Assembly: GCF_021869535.1 (NCBI RefSeq)
Contig: NW_026262676.1
Span: forward strand, 1,798,001-1,862,000
Origin: Mytilus californianus
Taxonomy: Eukaryota
Direction of reading: 5' to 3'
Length of the DNA: 64,000 nucleotides
The notes under the pieces are model-generated. The model ran no database searches. It was not told the DNA's origin and saw nothing but the letters and a program-made list of their open reading frames with translations. Of the stretch, positions 49,916 through 62,925 are shown one piece after another (within the stretch, counting starts at the first letter, position 1; every line of letters begins with the position of its first letter). The translations under genes were made by a program, and so were the position numbers.

Positions 49916-52263
49916 ACTTCAGATAATTTATACAGTGAGAAATACGTAAATGAGAATGTAAATGACTATAACAGTGCGTCAATTATGAAATTTTTTAAAT
50001 TAAAAATGTGATGAGAACATCTAAAAATGAGAATATCGCATCTTTATTTTAATATTTGTATTATACCATCGAAATGAGCGCGACGTCTTTTTTTGGTTAA
50101 TAATTTATTTTAAAATGTACAAGATGAAAAAAAATATCATCTTTTTTAATTACTTGTACATCAAATTCATATTATAGTTTTGTGTTTTACATGTGTTACA
50201 ATTGATGATATAAAGTGCTATGTGTTATTTTTAAATTTCAGAATGGATGTAAAAAAACAGAAAAATGAATAACAATGCCAGTGTCGAGCTCGAGATGATA
50301 TTTTACAGAACATCCGACATGTACTGCTTTAATATGTTTCTGGTACCAACACTTGCTTCTATATATATGACGCATTCGTGATGTTTAAATAATGCACAAG
50401 AATTAGATTTTGCTGTGAAATAAGATTAGCTGAATTCGTTGCTCTATTACATATTGCCATTTGATGAAAATATACAATGTTTGAATATGTTTATTAAAAA
50501 TGATAACATTCTATCATATATTGTTTTGATAACAAGTAACACGTTAACAACGAAAATGCACTTATTCAATTAAAACGAAGAGGCAGTATACATCAAGGAG
50601 ACAAAACGAACACCACCAACTCACTATACAGAACTAAACTAAACTTAGAAACGCAAAACTCGCTCAAATTGGTGACTCTATATGCTTCGGAAAGTCCACC
50701 AATTCGTATGAACTATATCGGGTATATTTTAAATTTGGCATCCAATTAAGTTTTAAAATCTGTTTTTAAGAACAACCAAACTAAAAACTGCACCATACGT
50801 AAAAGCTTGGTTAAGCTCATGTAAATATCATGTACTGTCTACCTTGTCATTAATTGGGAAATACACACCATAACACATTATATCGGGTAGCTTATGAAGA
50901 AAAGACATACATAATAAAGATTACTCACTTTCTACTGTTTGTACAATGAAACAATGATGATGTTCTGGAAATTTTTTCATGCTTTGTCCATCTTACTGAC
51001 TTTTACTACAAGTGTTTTTAACAAAACAGGTCTTTAAATAAATAAAGAAGAGAAGTGTTGTTGAATTGTTGGATCTGTTTTTAATTGTAGAGTTTTTGAA
51101 TCGGTTAATTTCTGAAGTCAACCAAATTTGGTATCTTTTGTTATCTTGTCACAGAATAATTTTTCTTTTAATCAGTCTTAAATTTCATCAGCAACCAAGT
51201 TCTTGGTAATCTTGGTAATGAATTCTAATCTTAATACATAAAACAAAGAATATACAGTTGTAATGCACAGTATGGTGACTTATTGGCATGGAAATCATCT
51301 ACCCACAATGACCTTCAAAGAATTGAAGAGTATTCCATTTTTCAATGGTTTAGAATTGAATCAGTAAACTGGACTATTTTGGTACAATATCTGATTTTAC
51401 ATGTTCTACAGGCTCAAAAAGCAAAACACCTTCATGAAAACTAAAACAATAATTGCAGTCAGTCTAAGCAATAAACAAACCAAAACGAAAGCAGGTGATA
51501 TGGAGGTTATAAACTTTCTGCAGGAAATGTAGCAGCAGGAAATGAAAGAACAAACTATTGCAGGAACTAAAATGTAAACATAACGATAAGATAGAGGAGG
51601 AGGGAAAAAAAACTTGAATCAATGGCAAAACTTGCAGAGAAATACCTGACAAAATCAGTGAGGGAATACATACAGTCAAATGTGTGTTTTGAGTATAATA
51701 TCCAGTATTACATTTTTTGATTCGCAAATAGCCAGAACAAGTGAACCGATTCTTTTTATTTTTGTTTGTGTGGTTTTTTATTATTATTTCAATTTTATTG
51801 ATTAGATGTTGATAAAATACATTGCATTTCTCATTTTAACACTTTTTTACCTACTATATATTTTTTACAAATTAGATAAAGACTTTTGTTATATTAATTG
51901 ATAAATCAGTACCAAAAGAAGATGCTAATGCCATATTGTTGATATTCAGACTGGTTGGTTACCTTCTAATACTATGAAAGTATTTAAAACAAGCTGCCAT
52001 GCATCTTTACTAAAGTATGTCTTTGCTGAAGCTTGTGTATCAGGACATATAATACATCAATAAAACTCATCAACTTATCAGGTTTTGTCTCGACCTTTTC
52101 TTCTTCAATCAAGAAAATTCTGCCATGTGATGTAAAAAACCTAAAAAAATATCATTCAACGTTGTGAGTGAACTTTTATAACTGTCGTTTCAAATTATTC
52201 GTTTACAATGTAGAAGATAGTGTCCTTCTATAGTATGTTTTACTTCTAGTCATATATACAGAA

Positions 52264-52686
52264 ACCCCCAAGGGTGACTGGGGAATAGAAGTATGGTCAC
52301 CATTGGTCTTCCTCCGACCGGCAGTAAAACCCGTGCTAAAGTGGGGCGTCCGTTTGGCTGTGCGGGATGTACAAATTTGCAGCCACGTCCGGTCAGAATG
52401 GGGACGTTAAATCCGATGCCTCGTGTACAGAGAGTGCCACGCTCTTTGCACGTTAAGAACCCTTGCAACAACTCTTCGAGGGGTCCGTAGGTGACCTGTT
52501 GCAAGGCTAAATTTCTGTCCCTATCCAATATACCCTCATTTTCCGTGGCAGTCTAAATTTCTCCGACCTTAATCCTTTAATCAATTACAGAACCTACCTA
52601 TTGTATTTATTGTGAACTTGTTCTCGTCCTGAATATGCATGAAATATTTGCCACTGGACGTTAAGCAACCAACAATCAATCAATCA
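52264..52686 (+). mobile_element. Full-length SINE with 12 bp TSD
   Basis: TSD ATATATACAGAA at 52252-52263 and 52687-52698. Confidence 0.96.
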
Positions 52687-54084
52687 ATATATACAGAACA
52701 CTGACTTAATCAAGAGCTTAGTGTGGTATAACAACATTTTCCAAAAAACAACGACCAAACAATGTGTTTATGACATTAGAAATAATGTTCATTTTGAAAT
52801 CAAGAGAGTGTTGAAATCAAGATAGAAATACTTAATATTAAATCTATGCTAAATATTTAAAGTCAATGAACCATGACTGAAAGTGCCATGCCATTTCATG
52901 TAAGTGGAAATGAGATAATCCAAAGTTAAAACAAGTAAAACTGTGAGCTACTGGATATTGTAGAGAGTGTAAAAATATATAAGTGTTCGGTAAACAGGAA
53001 GTTGTCGAGTGATTAATTTAAAAAACAAAGCAAATGGTATAGTTTACTCATATAAACCAAATATCAAAAATCTTCGTTATGTAGTTTCATACATTTGCTT
53101 GAAATCCAATGGGAGATAACTCCTGTACTATTGCTTTCCTTATTTACATTTCATTTCATGCTGTTTGTATAATATATAGCGTTACTTGTTCCGGTGCAAT
53201 GCTCAGTTTTATTCATATCTTCAAATGAAAGTTTGTTTTGCTTTGCTTTATAATAATCAATTTTGTTCAATAGATGGAGGTATTATATATATATATATAT
53301 AGTTGAAAAATACATCTGATCTGTACACATACTACTTTTTATATTTAGAATTACTTCATCATATACCAATATAGCACATTCTTATTATATACGCATTTAC
53401 TATGACTGAGATTCTGGAGGATGCGGAGAGTCCAAACATTCCTTTCACTGTTCTCCATACTAGATTGTATACTGGTAACTATTGTCTACTTATATTTAAT
53501 GACATTTACTAGATTTTTTACACTATTTAAAAGATTATCATGGCTTAGATTTACTGATCGTGCAATTTATTACAAGGCCGTGTATGTACATATGTGTATA
53601 TGGATCTGTCGCAGAAGCTCTTAGATTAATGACAAACATTAATACTTTTAAAGCAAGTTTTTGGCTGGAACATCAAGAAATATTCAATGAGTGTATACAA
53701 TTATGAGTTTATTCTTCTCTATAATTTATGTTATCTTGTGATGTAGATTATGGAATAGAGTGTGATAATAGTGTTTAAACTAATGAGCACACCTCTTGAA
53801 TTAAAGATTATTATAATGTTCATCCATAGAGCATTCCAATTCTCCTAAACAGAAAAGAAAGAAGGGCGATACTCAAAAGAAAATACAGGCTTCAAAACCT
53901 AAATTGATCCATGGGAATTTTTTTTCAAATACATTAGCTGTAGTTTGTTTTCTATTATACATGATACATGCCTCATTTATAATAGAATTTTTAAGGCAAA
54001 TTCATTAAGCAGTACATTTGTATGCAGCATTTTCTCCATTTCCTCTTTTCATCTAGTAAACATGGATATGTATAATGGCTTATT

Positions 54085-54450
54085 TGGGGGGGAAATTGAA
54101 AACAACACCTTTAATAATTTCATGCGTCCGAAGCGCTTTTCTGGATTTACCTTCATCAGGAGCGCTCAATGCAAAACATTTGAAATCCGAGGGATGTATA
54201 AGTACCGAAACAGTTGAAGAGCTATATGACAAAAATACCTAAAACAAATAGCAAAATTCATCTAAGGTCAACTTTGCCTGAGGGAGTTGAAACCTCAGTT
54301 TCTTCATAATTACAAAATTTATTAACAGACAATTTTAGAAAAGTTTGTTATAAATCATGTCAGTACCGAAGTACTGACTACTGAGCTAATGATACCCTCG
54401 GGGACTGATAGTCCACCAGCAGAGGTATCGACTCAGTGATGTAAAAAATT
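54085..54450 (-). mobile_element. Penelope/retrozyme-type non-autonomous repeat fragment
   Basis: Contains a hammerhead-like core and a long stem-loop; family recalled as common in Mytilus (unverified). Confidence 0.5.
54124..54165 (-). ncRNA. Minimal type I hammerhead ribozyme-like motif (atypical stem II)
   Basis: GCGCUC-CUGAUGA-AGGUAAAUCCA-GAAA-AGCGCU-U-C-GGACGC; palindromic stem III AAGCGCUU; stem I 5 of 6 paired; stem II only 2 G-C pairs. Confidence 0.6.
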
Positions 54451-55162
54451 GCAAACCGAAACAGATGATAATTGGAAGTTAATACTTTTTTATGCGAATG
54501 ATGTGATTAAATTGTTTTGGCTTAGTAAGACTAAGTGTGATTATTTTTTTTTATAGTATACCAAACAGCAACCTACAAAAGAAGGGAACAAACTTTTTTT
54601 TTACTTATATTTATTTGGAAATTCAGTCCTTTGCAAACAAAAAGCAAACTGTTCATATCATTCAAATTTATGTTTCTCATCATCAGGTGCATATTACGGA
54701 TATTGACCCACCTTATTTCAAGAATAATATTTTACATTTCATTCTGTAATATTTCATTGTTTTTCCAATTCAGAAGAAAGGGATGAAACAGAGAAGGATG
54801 TCACTGAGGAAGTGATTATTGAAGTTAGTAAATCTGTGGTCAGTTTACAATTACTTTTAAGAGCAAGTCATACTTATTTTAGCATGATTAATGTTTTATT
54901 TTATATTCATTATAATCAGTTGTTAAGTAGATTTTTTGTAACCAAGACCAATGAAGTACCGTTGGATGGCGTGCCAGTGTCAACAGAAAGTAATGCCTTA
55001 TTTACTACAGAAGTAATCAAACAGTTAAAAACTTTGATACTAGTACTTCACACAGCAAAAGCAACCATTATCAACAAACTCGCATTCTAACAAGACCTTA
55101 TTCTAAGGCACAATTAAGTGTCGATATTCATCTATATGGACGATCCAAGCTATTTCACAAAG

Positions 55163-55587
55163 ATTGATTGATTGATTGTTGGTTGCTTAACGTCCAGTGG
55201 CAAATATTTCATGCATATTCAGGACGAGAACAAGTTCACAATAAATACAATAGGTAGGTTCTGTAATAGATTAAGGGATTAAGGTCAGAGAAATTTAGAC
55301 TGCCACGGGAAATGAGGGTATATTGGATAGGGACAGAAATTTAGCCTTGCAACAGGTCACCTACGGACCCCTCAAAGAGTTGTTGCAAGGGTTCTTAACG
55401 TGCAAAGAACGTGGCACTTTCTTTACACGAGGCATCGGATTTAACGTCCCCATTCTGAACGGACGTGGCTGCAAATTTATACATCCCGCACAGCCAAACG
55501 GACGCCCCACTTTAGCACGGGTTTTACTGCCGGTCGGAGGAAGACCAATGGTGACCATACTTCTATTCCCCAGTCACCCTTGGGGGT
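55163..55587 (-). mobile_element. Full-length SINE with 12 bp TSD
   Basis: TSD TATTTCACAAAG at 55151-55162 and 55588-55599. Confidence 0.96.
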
Positions 55588-55628
55588 TATTTCACAAAGG
55601 GAAAGAAATCTGCTCGCTGGTAATTGTT

Positions 55629-55630
<2 letters not shown>

Positions 55631-55673
<43 letters not shown>

Positions 55674-55770
55674 ACGTGCCGCTGTTCCTGTTGTATTAAT
55701 TGCATATGTTAAGTAAGACACTAACCGCCATTGTTATAGAAACATATAAAATACTTCTATTATTTATAGA

Positions 55771-55808
<38 letters not shown>
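55631..55808 (+). repeat. Two poly(A) tracts (40 nt and 35 nt)
   Basis: A-runs at 55631-55670 and 55774-55808. Confidence 0.95.
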
Positions 55809-55812
<4 letters not shown>

Positions 55813-56164
55813 TAGCTGCCGGTTAAGCAGACCATATTTATTTCAGCGTCGGTGGTGGTAGATGGTACGAACTAAATATGAGTCCGTAAAAAATGAAACC
55901 ACTGCTGAGAAAAGTAAAAACCATGTTTTAAAGCTGCACACAATTTCCTATCAATCCAATGCCACACAACTACGGTCATATATACAATTACCTTCTAGAA
56001 CGTGTTGTCCTGTTAACAAAGATTGGGGAACAGAGGACACAGATTTGTGACATATGATTTTAAAACCTTTAACTAAATGAGCAGTACGTTAAGAGTGGCA
56101 GTGTCGCCAATATCATTGACAGTTAAAAGAGGCACATGTTATTATTATTTATGAATATAAAGTT

Positions 56165-56350
56165 GATGCCTCAAAGAAAAATGAACAAAAAACTATATAT
56201 GTGACTTTGTCAAATGTCTGTGAAGCTGTTCTTGATGCAAGCTGCACTTGTCCCGCTCAGCGTTAGGGCGTTGCAACCATGTTGCAGCAGTATTTTATTC
56301 ATAAATGAACATATTAAAGAAAATTGGTATGATCTCCTAGCATGTACAGC
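56165..56350 (+). pseudogene. SWIM zinc-finger remnant of a SAP-SWIM-YqaJ-type gene
   Basis: VLDASCTCPA(fs)GRCNHVAAV, then INEHIKENWYDLLACT. Confidence 0.55.
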
Positions 56351-56910
56351 ACACAGGGGGGGGGGGGGGGTAAAACTTAGCGGTAACGACGAACTGTTAC
56401 GGATCTGTTCAGCTATTCCTTGCTTCTTTGGACAATATAGTAAATCATTACAAGAACAGCCATGAGAGATGCAATCGAACCTCCAGGTGCAAAACTGAAC
56501 CGTACTATACTTAAACACGAACTATGATTCGAATTGATGAGGCAGCAGTACTCCAAGAGAAGGCAAGACAATCCACAGAAATATATTCAGAAACTTCATA
56601 AACAGACACGCAATCGAGCACTTGATATGAGATAATACATCTAAGTATGCATACAATGTATGGTGAACGTCAATCAGATAATATACATATTTAACCATAC
56701 GTAGATTCATAAGTGTTACATATGTAGCAACCTATCTTTTATCTTAAAATTCGTAATTCTTTGTATTTTCATTTCAGGATTGCACAATACGCTGAATACT
56801 GCAGCAAAGCATGGTGGTGGCCCCTTCTATACCCTAGTTCTAGACCTGATGAAAGAAGCAGATGTATTTGAAGTAGGCATGTATTGTATCAAAAGAATGA
56901 ACCACCATTT

Positions 56911-58108
56911 ATTAGGTCTTTCCACTTTTCTGTGGAAAGACCTATTGTATTTGTTCTGATTATTATTATTATTATTTTTTTTTTTTTCTTCCGCCAAATT
57001 TTGTTCTTGCGATAAATGTTTGTTTCGCAATATGTCGCTTAGATATTTCTCATATTGTAGCGTATAGTTTATGCGCTTTTAAATTTTACCCTGCTAAGCC
57101 GAACCATTTCTTTGTAAGAGTTATCTCCCTATTCACTGTTTATCATCTGTGTGCATCTCCTTCGTAACAAAAAAAGATATCGACAAAATTCTTTTTACAA
57201 ATTGTTCGTTACATCCTCAGGAATTTTTGGCTAATTTGGATCGAAGCGATTCGATGAAATTTTATAGGAGTTATCTACTTTTATCAAATAAATTTGTCGT
57301 TATGTTTTTGTTACTCATAAACTGTGAGCCGTATAAACTTATAGTCTTTTTATTTAAGGTCCTTGGATCCTAACTTCGAAAATGAGGTCAAGGTCAAAGG
57401 TCAAGGTCATGTTCTGAATTTTGTCTTTTGCTTGTTTTTGCATTTTCTCCGATATTTTTAATGTTATATATTAAAGAACAAGTGCAAAATGTTTGTTATA
57501 TTGTGATGAAGATATGATACATTTGGTCTGACACAATCCAGCGATATCTTATTGGAGTTATTGCCCCTTAAATGTTTTATTTTAAATTGATTACTACTTC
57601 ATATTGGTACATGATAAAGCCATAAGATCTTTTGCAAAATGTTGGGCGACATATAACCTTGAAAAATGTCAACCGGAAGTGACCTTGAGTAAACCGGAAG
57701 TAATCATTTTTGCACTTATTTCATGTAGAAGTACATAGAAACCATATATTTTTTGAATGGTCATACATTAATCTATCATTTGAGACCGGAAGTGACATTT
57801 TCTAAACCGGAAGTAGCCAATTATCTCCCTTTTTACAGGCAAAAGTATATATAAACCATATATTTTTGGAATCAGTGTAAATAAAGCTATCACATGAGAC
57901 CGAAAGTGACATTTTCTAAACCGGATGTTGACAATTATCTCCCTTATTTCAGGCAAAAGTCTATAGAAACCATGTTTATTGAATCAGTATGAAGAAACCT
58001 ATGATTGGACGCCAATAGTAGCTTTGAGTAAACCAGAATTATCTTCTCATCAATTATTTAGAAAATTGATGTGGAAAGACCTTCAATTGTTCTTTGAACA
58101 ATTGGTTT
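56911..58108 (+). mobile_element. Helentron-type non-autonomous element (HINE/DINE-1 architecture)
   Basis: Subterminal IR AGGTCTTTCCAC (56914-56925) with partners GTGGAAAGACCT (56932-56943 and 58071-58082); (ATT)n microsatellite; internal ACCGGAAGT repeats; 3' palindrome CAATTGTTC-TTT-GAACAATTG. Confidence 0.82.
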
Positions 58109-61100
58109 TTAATTGTAATAAGAAGTTGGTTGATATTTGCGTAATGTAATATGGCCTGCTTACTGTTCCTTTCCCTAAGACTCTCAACAGACGAACTACA
58201 TCTGTGAGAGCTGGTTCTGATTTTTACATGTTCGGGGGAAACTAGCTTATAACAATGCCTATGATGGTGTATGGCATTGCTGCCGATGTAAAGGCAGGCC
58301 GGGCGTTGTTGCCGATATAGAGGCAGGCCGGGATCGACTGACACCTAGAATATCAAGAAACTCGCTATTAATTTAATAAAGAAATAATTACAATATAATT
58401 TCAAAGTACAAAGTTTGAATGTCACAATAAATTGAAAACAATAATAAAATACTAAAAACAATTCAAATTAAATATCAAATAATAACAATAATAATTACTG
58501 TTAAATTCAACCTTTGAATCAAAATATTAGTTACTTACACAATGTATAAACTTTATTTTTTTTTTCCAAAATAAAATTAAAAGAAAAATAATTTAAAATC
58601 TAAATTGTTTTCAAAATTAAGAGACTCACCTAGAATATCAAGAAACTCGCTATTAATATTATAGCGGCTTGATCAGTTTATATATTAATTTCTGAATGTC
58701 CTAGGAACCCCTAACTGACTGCAACAAACACAAGAATTTATGCTTTATGAGTTATAAATAAATTTGCTGACGTAGGTTGACCGTTGTCTAAACTTCTAAG
58801 ACCTTATGTTAAACTCTGCCAGACAAACAACCGGAGGTCAGTCTGGCCTCAGCCGAAGTTTTATTGAACAGAAAAGTTTAATAGTTAATTAGAGTACTTA
58901 TCTGACACATTTGAAACATCCTACACCTCTCAAAGTATAGAACAGTTAAACAATAATTTAATATAAAATATTTTACTTTAAATCTTTATGATTTTAAAAT
59001 CATGTCTTACCTATAAGTTTCAAAATTCAAACTTTGACGTCTGAAAGCAGAATTTTTACTTATATAGCAATCCTTTATTTGAAGATGTGCCAACATCACT
59101 TTCTTTGTCAGCATAAAATTAGAAATTATCAAATATTGTTATTGTCCGAAATAGGATCGACATGTTGTATAAGTAAAATTAATGTCCCGTATACAATAGA
59201 GAGAGAGGTCACTTTAACAATGGTGATGATAAATAAACTTTACTTGACCGGAGAACAAATGGTATAAAACGTGATAAACATAAAATCGAAGGAATAATTG
59301 TAACGTCATCTATATCCAAAATTTATGTCAAATATCTGCCACAATACATGCGTGCTAGCGACATAAAGAGATGGTCATATCCTTTAGATCAGAATTTACG
59401 GTCTTCATGGGAAGCGTACATGGATGGTGTACTGACAACTACCCACTTCCTAAAGGTGATCATAAGACTGTTTTGTCATATAACAAACCAGTTGACGATG
59501 TTCCGCATCGTGATTATAATTATGATCGTTATTTAAGTTAAATACATAATTTCTTAAATAAACTGTTTATATTAGTTTATATAAGTTATTATTGATGTAT
59601 GATGTGATGTTAAAGCTTTCTCTTTAAATTGTTTTAAATGAAATATTTCATGGTTTGAATGATTGTGTACAGTGCATTAAGTAGCATGATTGTTTTGAAT
59701 AATTGTTGAAATGATGAATAAAAAATAATTCTATATATAACGAAAGTTACTCTGTACCTTCAAGCTTCTATACATATGGACCTAAATGCTCTTTATCGTA
59801 ACTGATAGCTGTAATAAAACACCAGTTAAGTAAAGATAAATGTAGATATAAATAGTGGTACCTTCAATCTTCTTTACAAATATTTATTTATTTAACAACT
59901 TTACTTACATATGAAAAAGATAAATGTCAAAAATGTAAGTCAGACCAACAAATAACTTTCAACACATCCAAGCCAAAAAAGGTAGTCAAAATACAAAACC
60001 AATATTGAGGTAATGGACTCTCGTTCTTATAAGAAAAACAATGTCTCTACAAGGCGATACATGTGTATCTGATATTCATGTAAATATTAAGTATTCAATA
60101 TCAATATTTCATTTTATGAGGTATATATTTTTAATAAGTGTGGTTAATATTTCTTTCTAATATTAAATAGAAAAAGATTACAAGGGTAATGTTGAAGTCC
60201 ATCTATTCATCACAACAGAACTTTTCTAAAAAAAAAACCAACAGAAATTATCACAACCACATTGAATAACAAACGTTGGTCATTGTTAGTTTACAAATGG
60301 TGAAATTCTGAAGAAAAAAAATATATATGAATAAACTGAATTAAATCATAGTGGGGATAATGTGACCCCCAAAAAATCTGATTGTTGTAAACATGTTTCA
60401 GTTTATTTTTGAAAAACACTGTCACTGATTAAGTAACCCTACACAATCCACAAACACTGCACTTATGCAACCATTGAATTTATTTTTTTCTTACTAGGGA
60501 CTTTCCGTTTTGAATTTTCCTCGGACTTCAGTATTTTTGTGATTTTACTTTTTACTGAATTTGTGTTTTCCTTTTTTTCCTGTGTTCTTCATGAGAAATA
60601 ATAAAAGTCTCTATTTTTCAGAAGCAAATATAAAAGAAAAGAAAAGGTTGAAATTTAAAGACAGGACACGGTCGCACAGAATGCTAAAGAAATATTTCAG
60701 AAATGCATGCAGGAAAATGCAAGTGTGGGTACTTGTACTATTAGAAAAACAATATCAGCATTGTCGATTCTTCTCAACCGACTAACATTGTCCCCTGCAC
60801 TCTCACTTTTCCTTATCCAGCAATGACTAATATCCCATCAGTTAACATGAATGTCCATTCACCAGCACTTGTTTCTAACACTTATGTTCCTTCCTCAACA
60901 CCTTTGCCTCGCCCAGTGAATGTCTGTGTGTAAAATACTTTTCTACCTTGATATTAATAAGAAGATGTGGTGGAAGACTGAATCGTTCCACTTTGAATCG
61001 TTCAACTTATGACACGATCCTAACGGCGGACAGCAATATCGTTGAAGACAGAGAGGTTATAAACGTTTTGAAAAGGGACCAAAATGTCGTCTTCCATCTT

Positions 61101-61245
61101 AAATAGATTGTTGTCAGATCTGAAAAGGACAGACACCCTTTCATGATATTGGAAAAATGGTATTAATGGAAACAATCTAAACTTAAAATATATTGATTCT
61201 TGTTTAAATAGATGTACGATTTGTGGATATGCGGATATCACGCTT

Positions 61246-61636
61246 TGATTGATTGATTGTTGGTTGCTTAACGTCCAGTGGCAAATATTTTATGCATATT
61301 CAGGAAGAGAACAAATTAACAAAAAACACAATAGGCAGTTCTGTAACAGGGGCTTCCGGGATTAAGGTCGGAGAAATTTAGACTGCCACGGGAAATGAGG
61401 ATATATTTGATAGGGACAGAAATTTAGTCTTGCAACAGGTCACCTACGGACCCCTCAAAGAGTTGTTGCAAGGGTTCTTAACGTACAAAGAGCGTGGCAC
61501 TCTCTTTACACGAGGCATCGGATTTAACGTCCCCATTCTGACCGGACGTGGCTCCATATTTGTACATCCCGTACAGCCAAACGGACACCCCACTTTAGCA
61601 AGGGTTTTACTGCCGGTCGGAGGAAGACCAATGGTG
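61246..61636 (-). mobile_element. SINE, slightly 5'-truncated
   Basis: Tail (GATT)n at 61246; the head is cut at CACCATTGG; no TSD found. Confidence 0.93.
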
Positions 61637-62491
61637 CAAAAATTTGTGAAACAAGCTTTCTGAGAGTATTGCATGGCAATACAGTCCCCAACCGGTAAAA
61701 ACTGTTTTTGATTAATTCATTACAAAATGTGAAAATACATTAAGGATAGAAGGTCAGAAGAAAGAACATTTGAAGTAAACAGACAGCAAGAGGCGGCAAG
61801 AAGAGGATAGACTTCAACAGGTAAATAAATTGCTCAAACATTTGGTGCATTGAACTATATTTTATGATAGCGTTTTTGACGTCAGAATGTAGTCGTCACA
61901 TGGAAAAGATATAAAATAATTTTGTCGTTCAAAGTATGTTCAAAATCATAATAGAACAAATATCACAATTTTGAAATAGGCCTTGAATATTTAAACCCAA
62001 TAGACACGTTTTTTCAATTATCACCCTTAGTAATAATCTTTGCCGCTTGGCGCGCTATAATTACGTCCGCCATTTCAGTAATAATAAAAGCGTAAACAAA
62101 GCATTCAATCGTAACGAGAAACTGCTTGTCGGTTGTAACAATTTCACCCCATTACATCAGTCAAAGAGTAAAAGATCTTAAAAGGGTTATCATGAAACCA
62201 TTTATTGATATAAAAAGGTGCCCAAGTTTAATGTTTTCATTTAAATACCTCCAATGATGTTTTTACTCTTTGATTGATGTATTGCGATGAAAGTTTTATT
62301 ATGAATTATGAATAAGAGGAGATGAGTGGGACAATGCATATATATCAATGCGACAAACACCCATTTACAAAATAAATTTGACCCTAAACAATACAAACAC
62401 TAAGGTAAATTCAAAAAGGGAGAGTTCATAAAATAACCAAAAGACGTCTAGAGGGAAACAAACAGATTTCTATTCAATTCATGTATATGTC

Positions 62492-62546
62492 ATCCTGAAT
62501 ATGCATAAACTATTTTCCACTGGACGCTAAACAAACAACAATCAAT
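62492..62546 (+). mobile_element. Degenerate SINE 3' tail fragment
   Basis: ATCCTGAATATGCATAAACTATTTTCCACTGGACGCTAAACAAACAACAATCAAT. Confidence 0.75.
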
Positions 62547-62689
62547 GGATCTATAATATAATACAATCATAATGCAATGTACGTATATAGCAATTACATT
62601 ATTCAACGACTTAAATATACATGTACATGTACAGTGTATACCTGACCTGTTCAATAAAAAAAGAGAAAAAAAAAATAACAAAACTAATT

Positions 62690-62925
62690 TCACTCATTAC
62701 TGTAATTAGTATCTATGATCATATCTGACCGTAAGTTAACCAAAGCAGAGCATACAAGTAAAATGTCATCAAACAGTTTTAAGGATGATACAGGCACAGT
62801 CCCACCTAGAATTTTGAAGACCTTCAATTGTCGAATTACCCTTTCAACATGTATCCGTACTCTGGCAATCCTTCTTGTGGTTGTCACATCCTCTGCACCT
62901 AACTGAGGTTTGTTTTTGTGAACAC
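62690..62925 (-). mobile_element. ISL2EU/Harbinger-type DDE_Tnp_4 transposase C-terminus
   Basis: KPQLGAEDVTTTRRIARVRIHVERVIRQLKVFKILGGTVP...VCSALVNL; interrupted at 62926 by a LINE tail. Confidence 0.78.

Noticed and set aside
55631-55808. Poly(A) tracts as retrocopy tails
   Set aside because: No upstream spliced ORF or TSD seen; homopolymer lengths may be sequencing artefacts.
58342-58657. 31 bp direct repeats (CACCTAGAATATCAAGAAACTCGCTATTAAT) as an element boundary
   Set aside because: Too long for a usual TSD and the interior is featureless AT-rich DNA; probably a simple local duplication.
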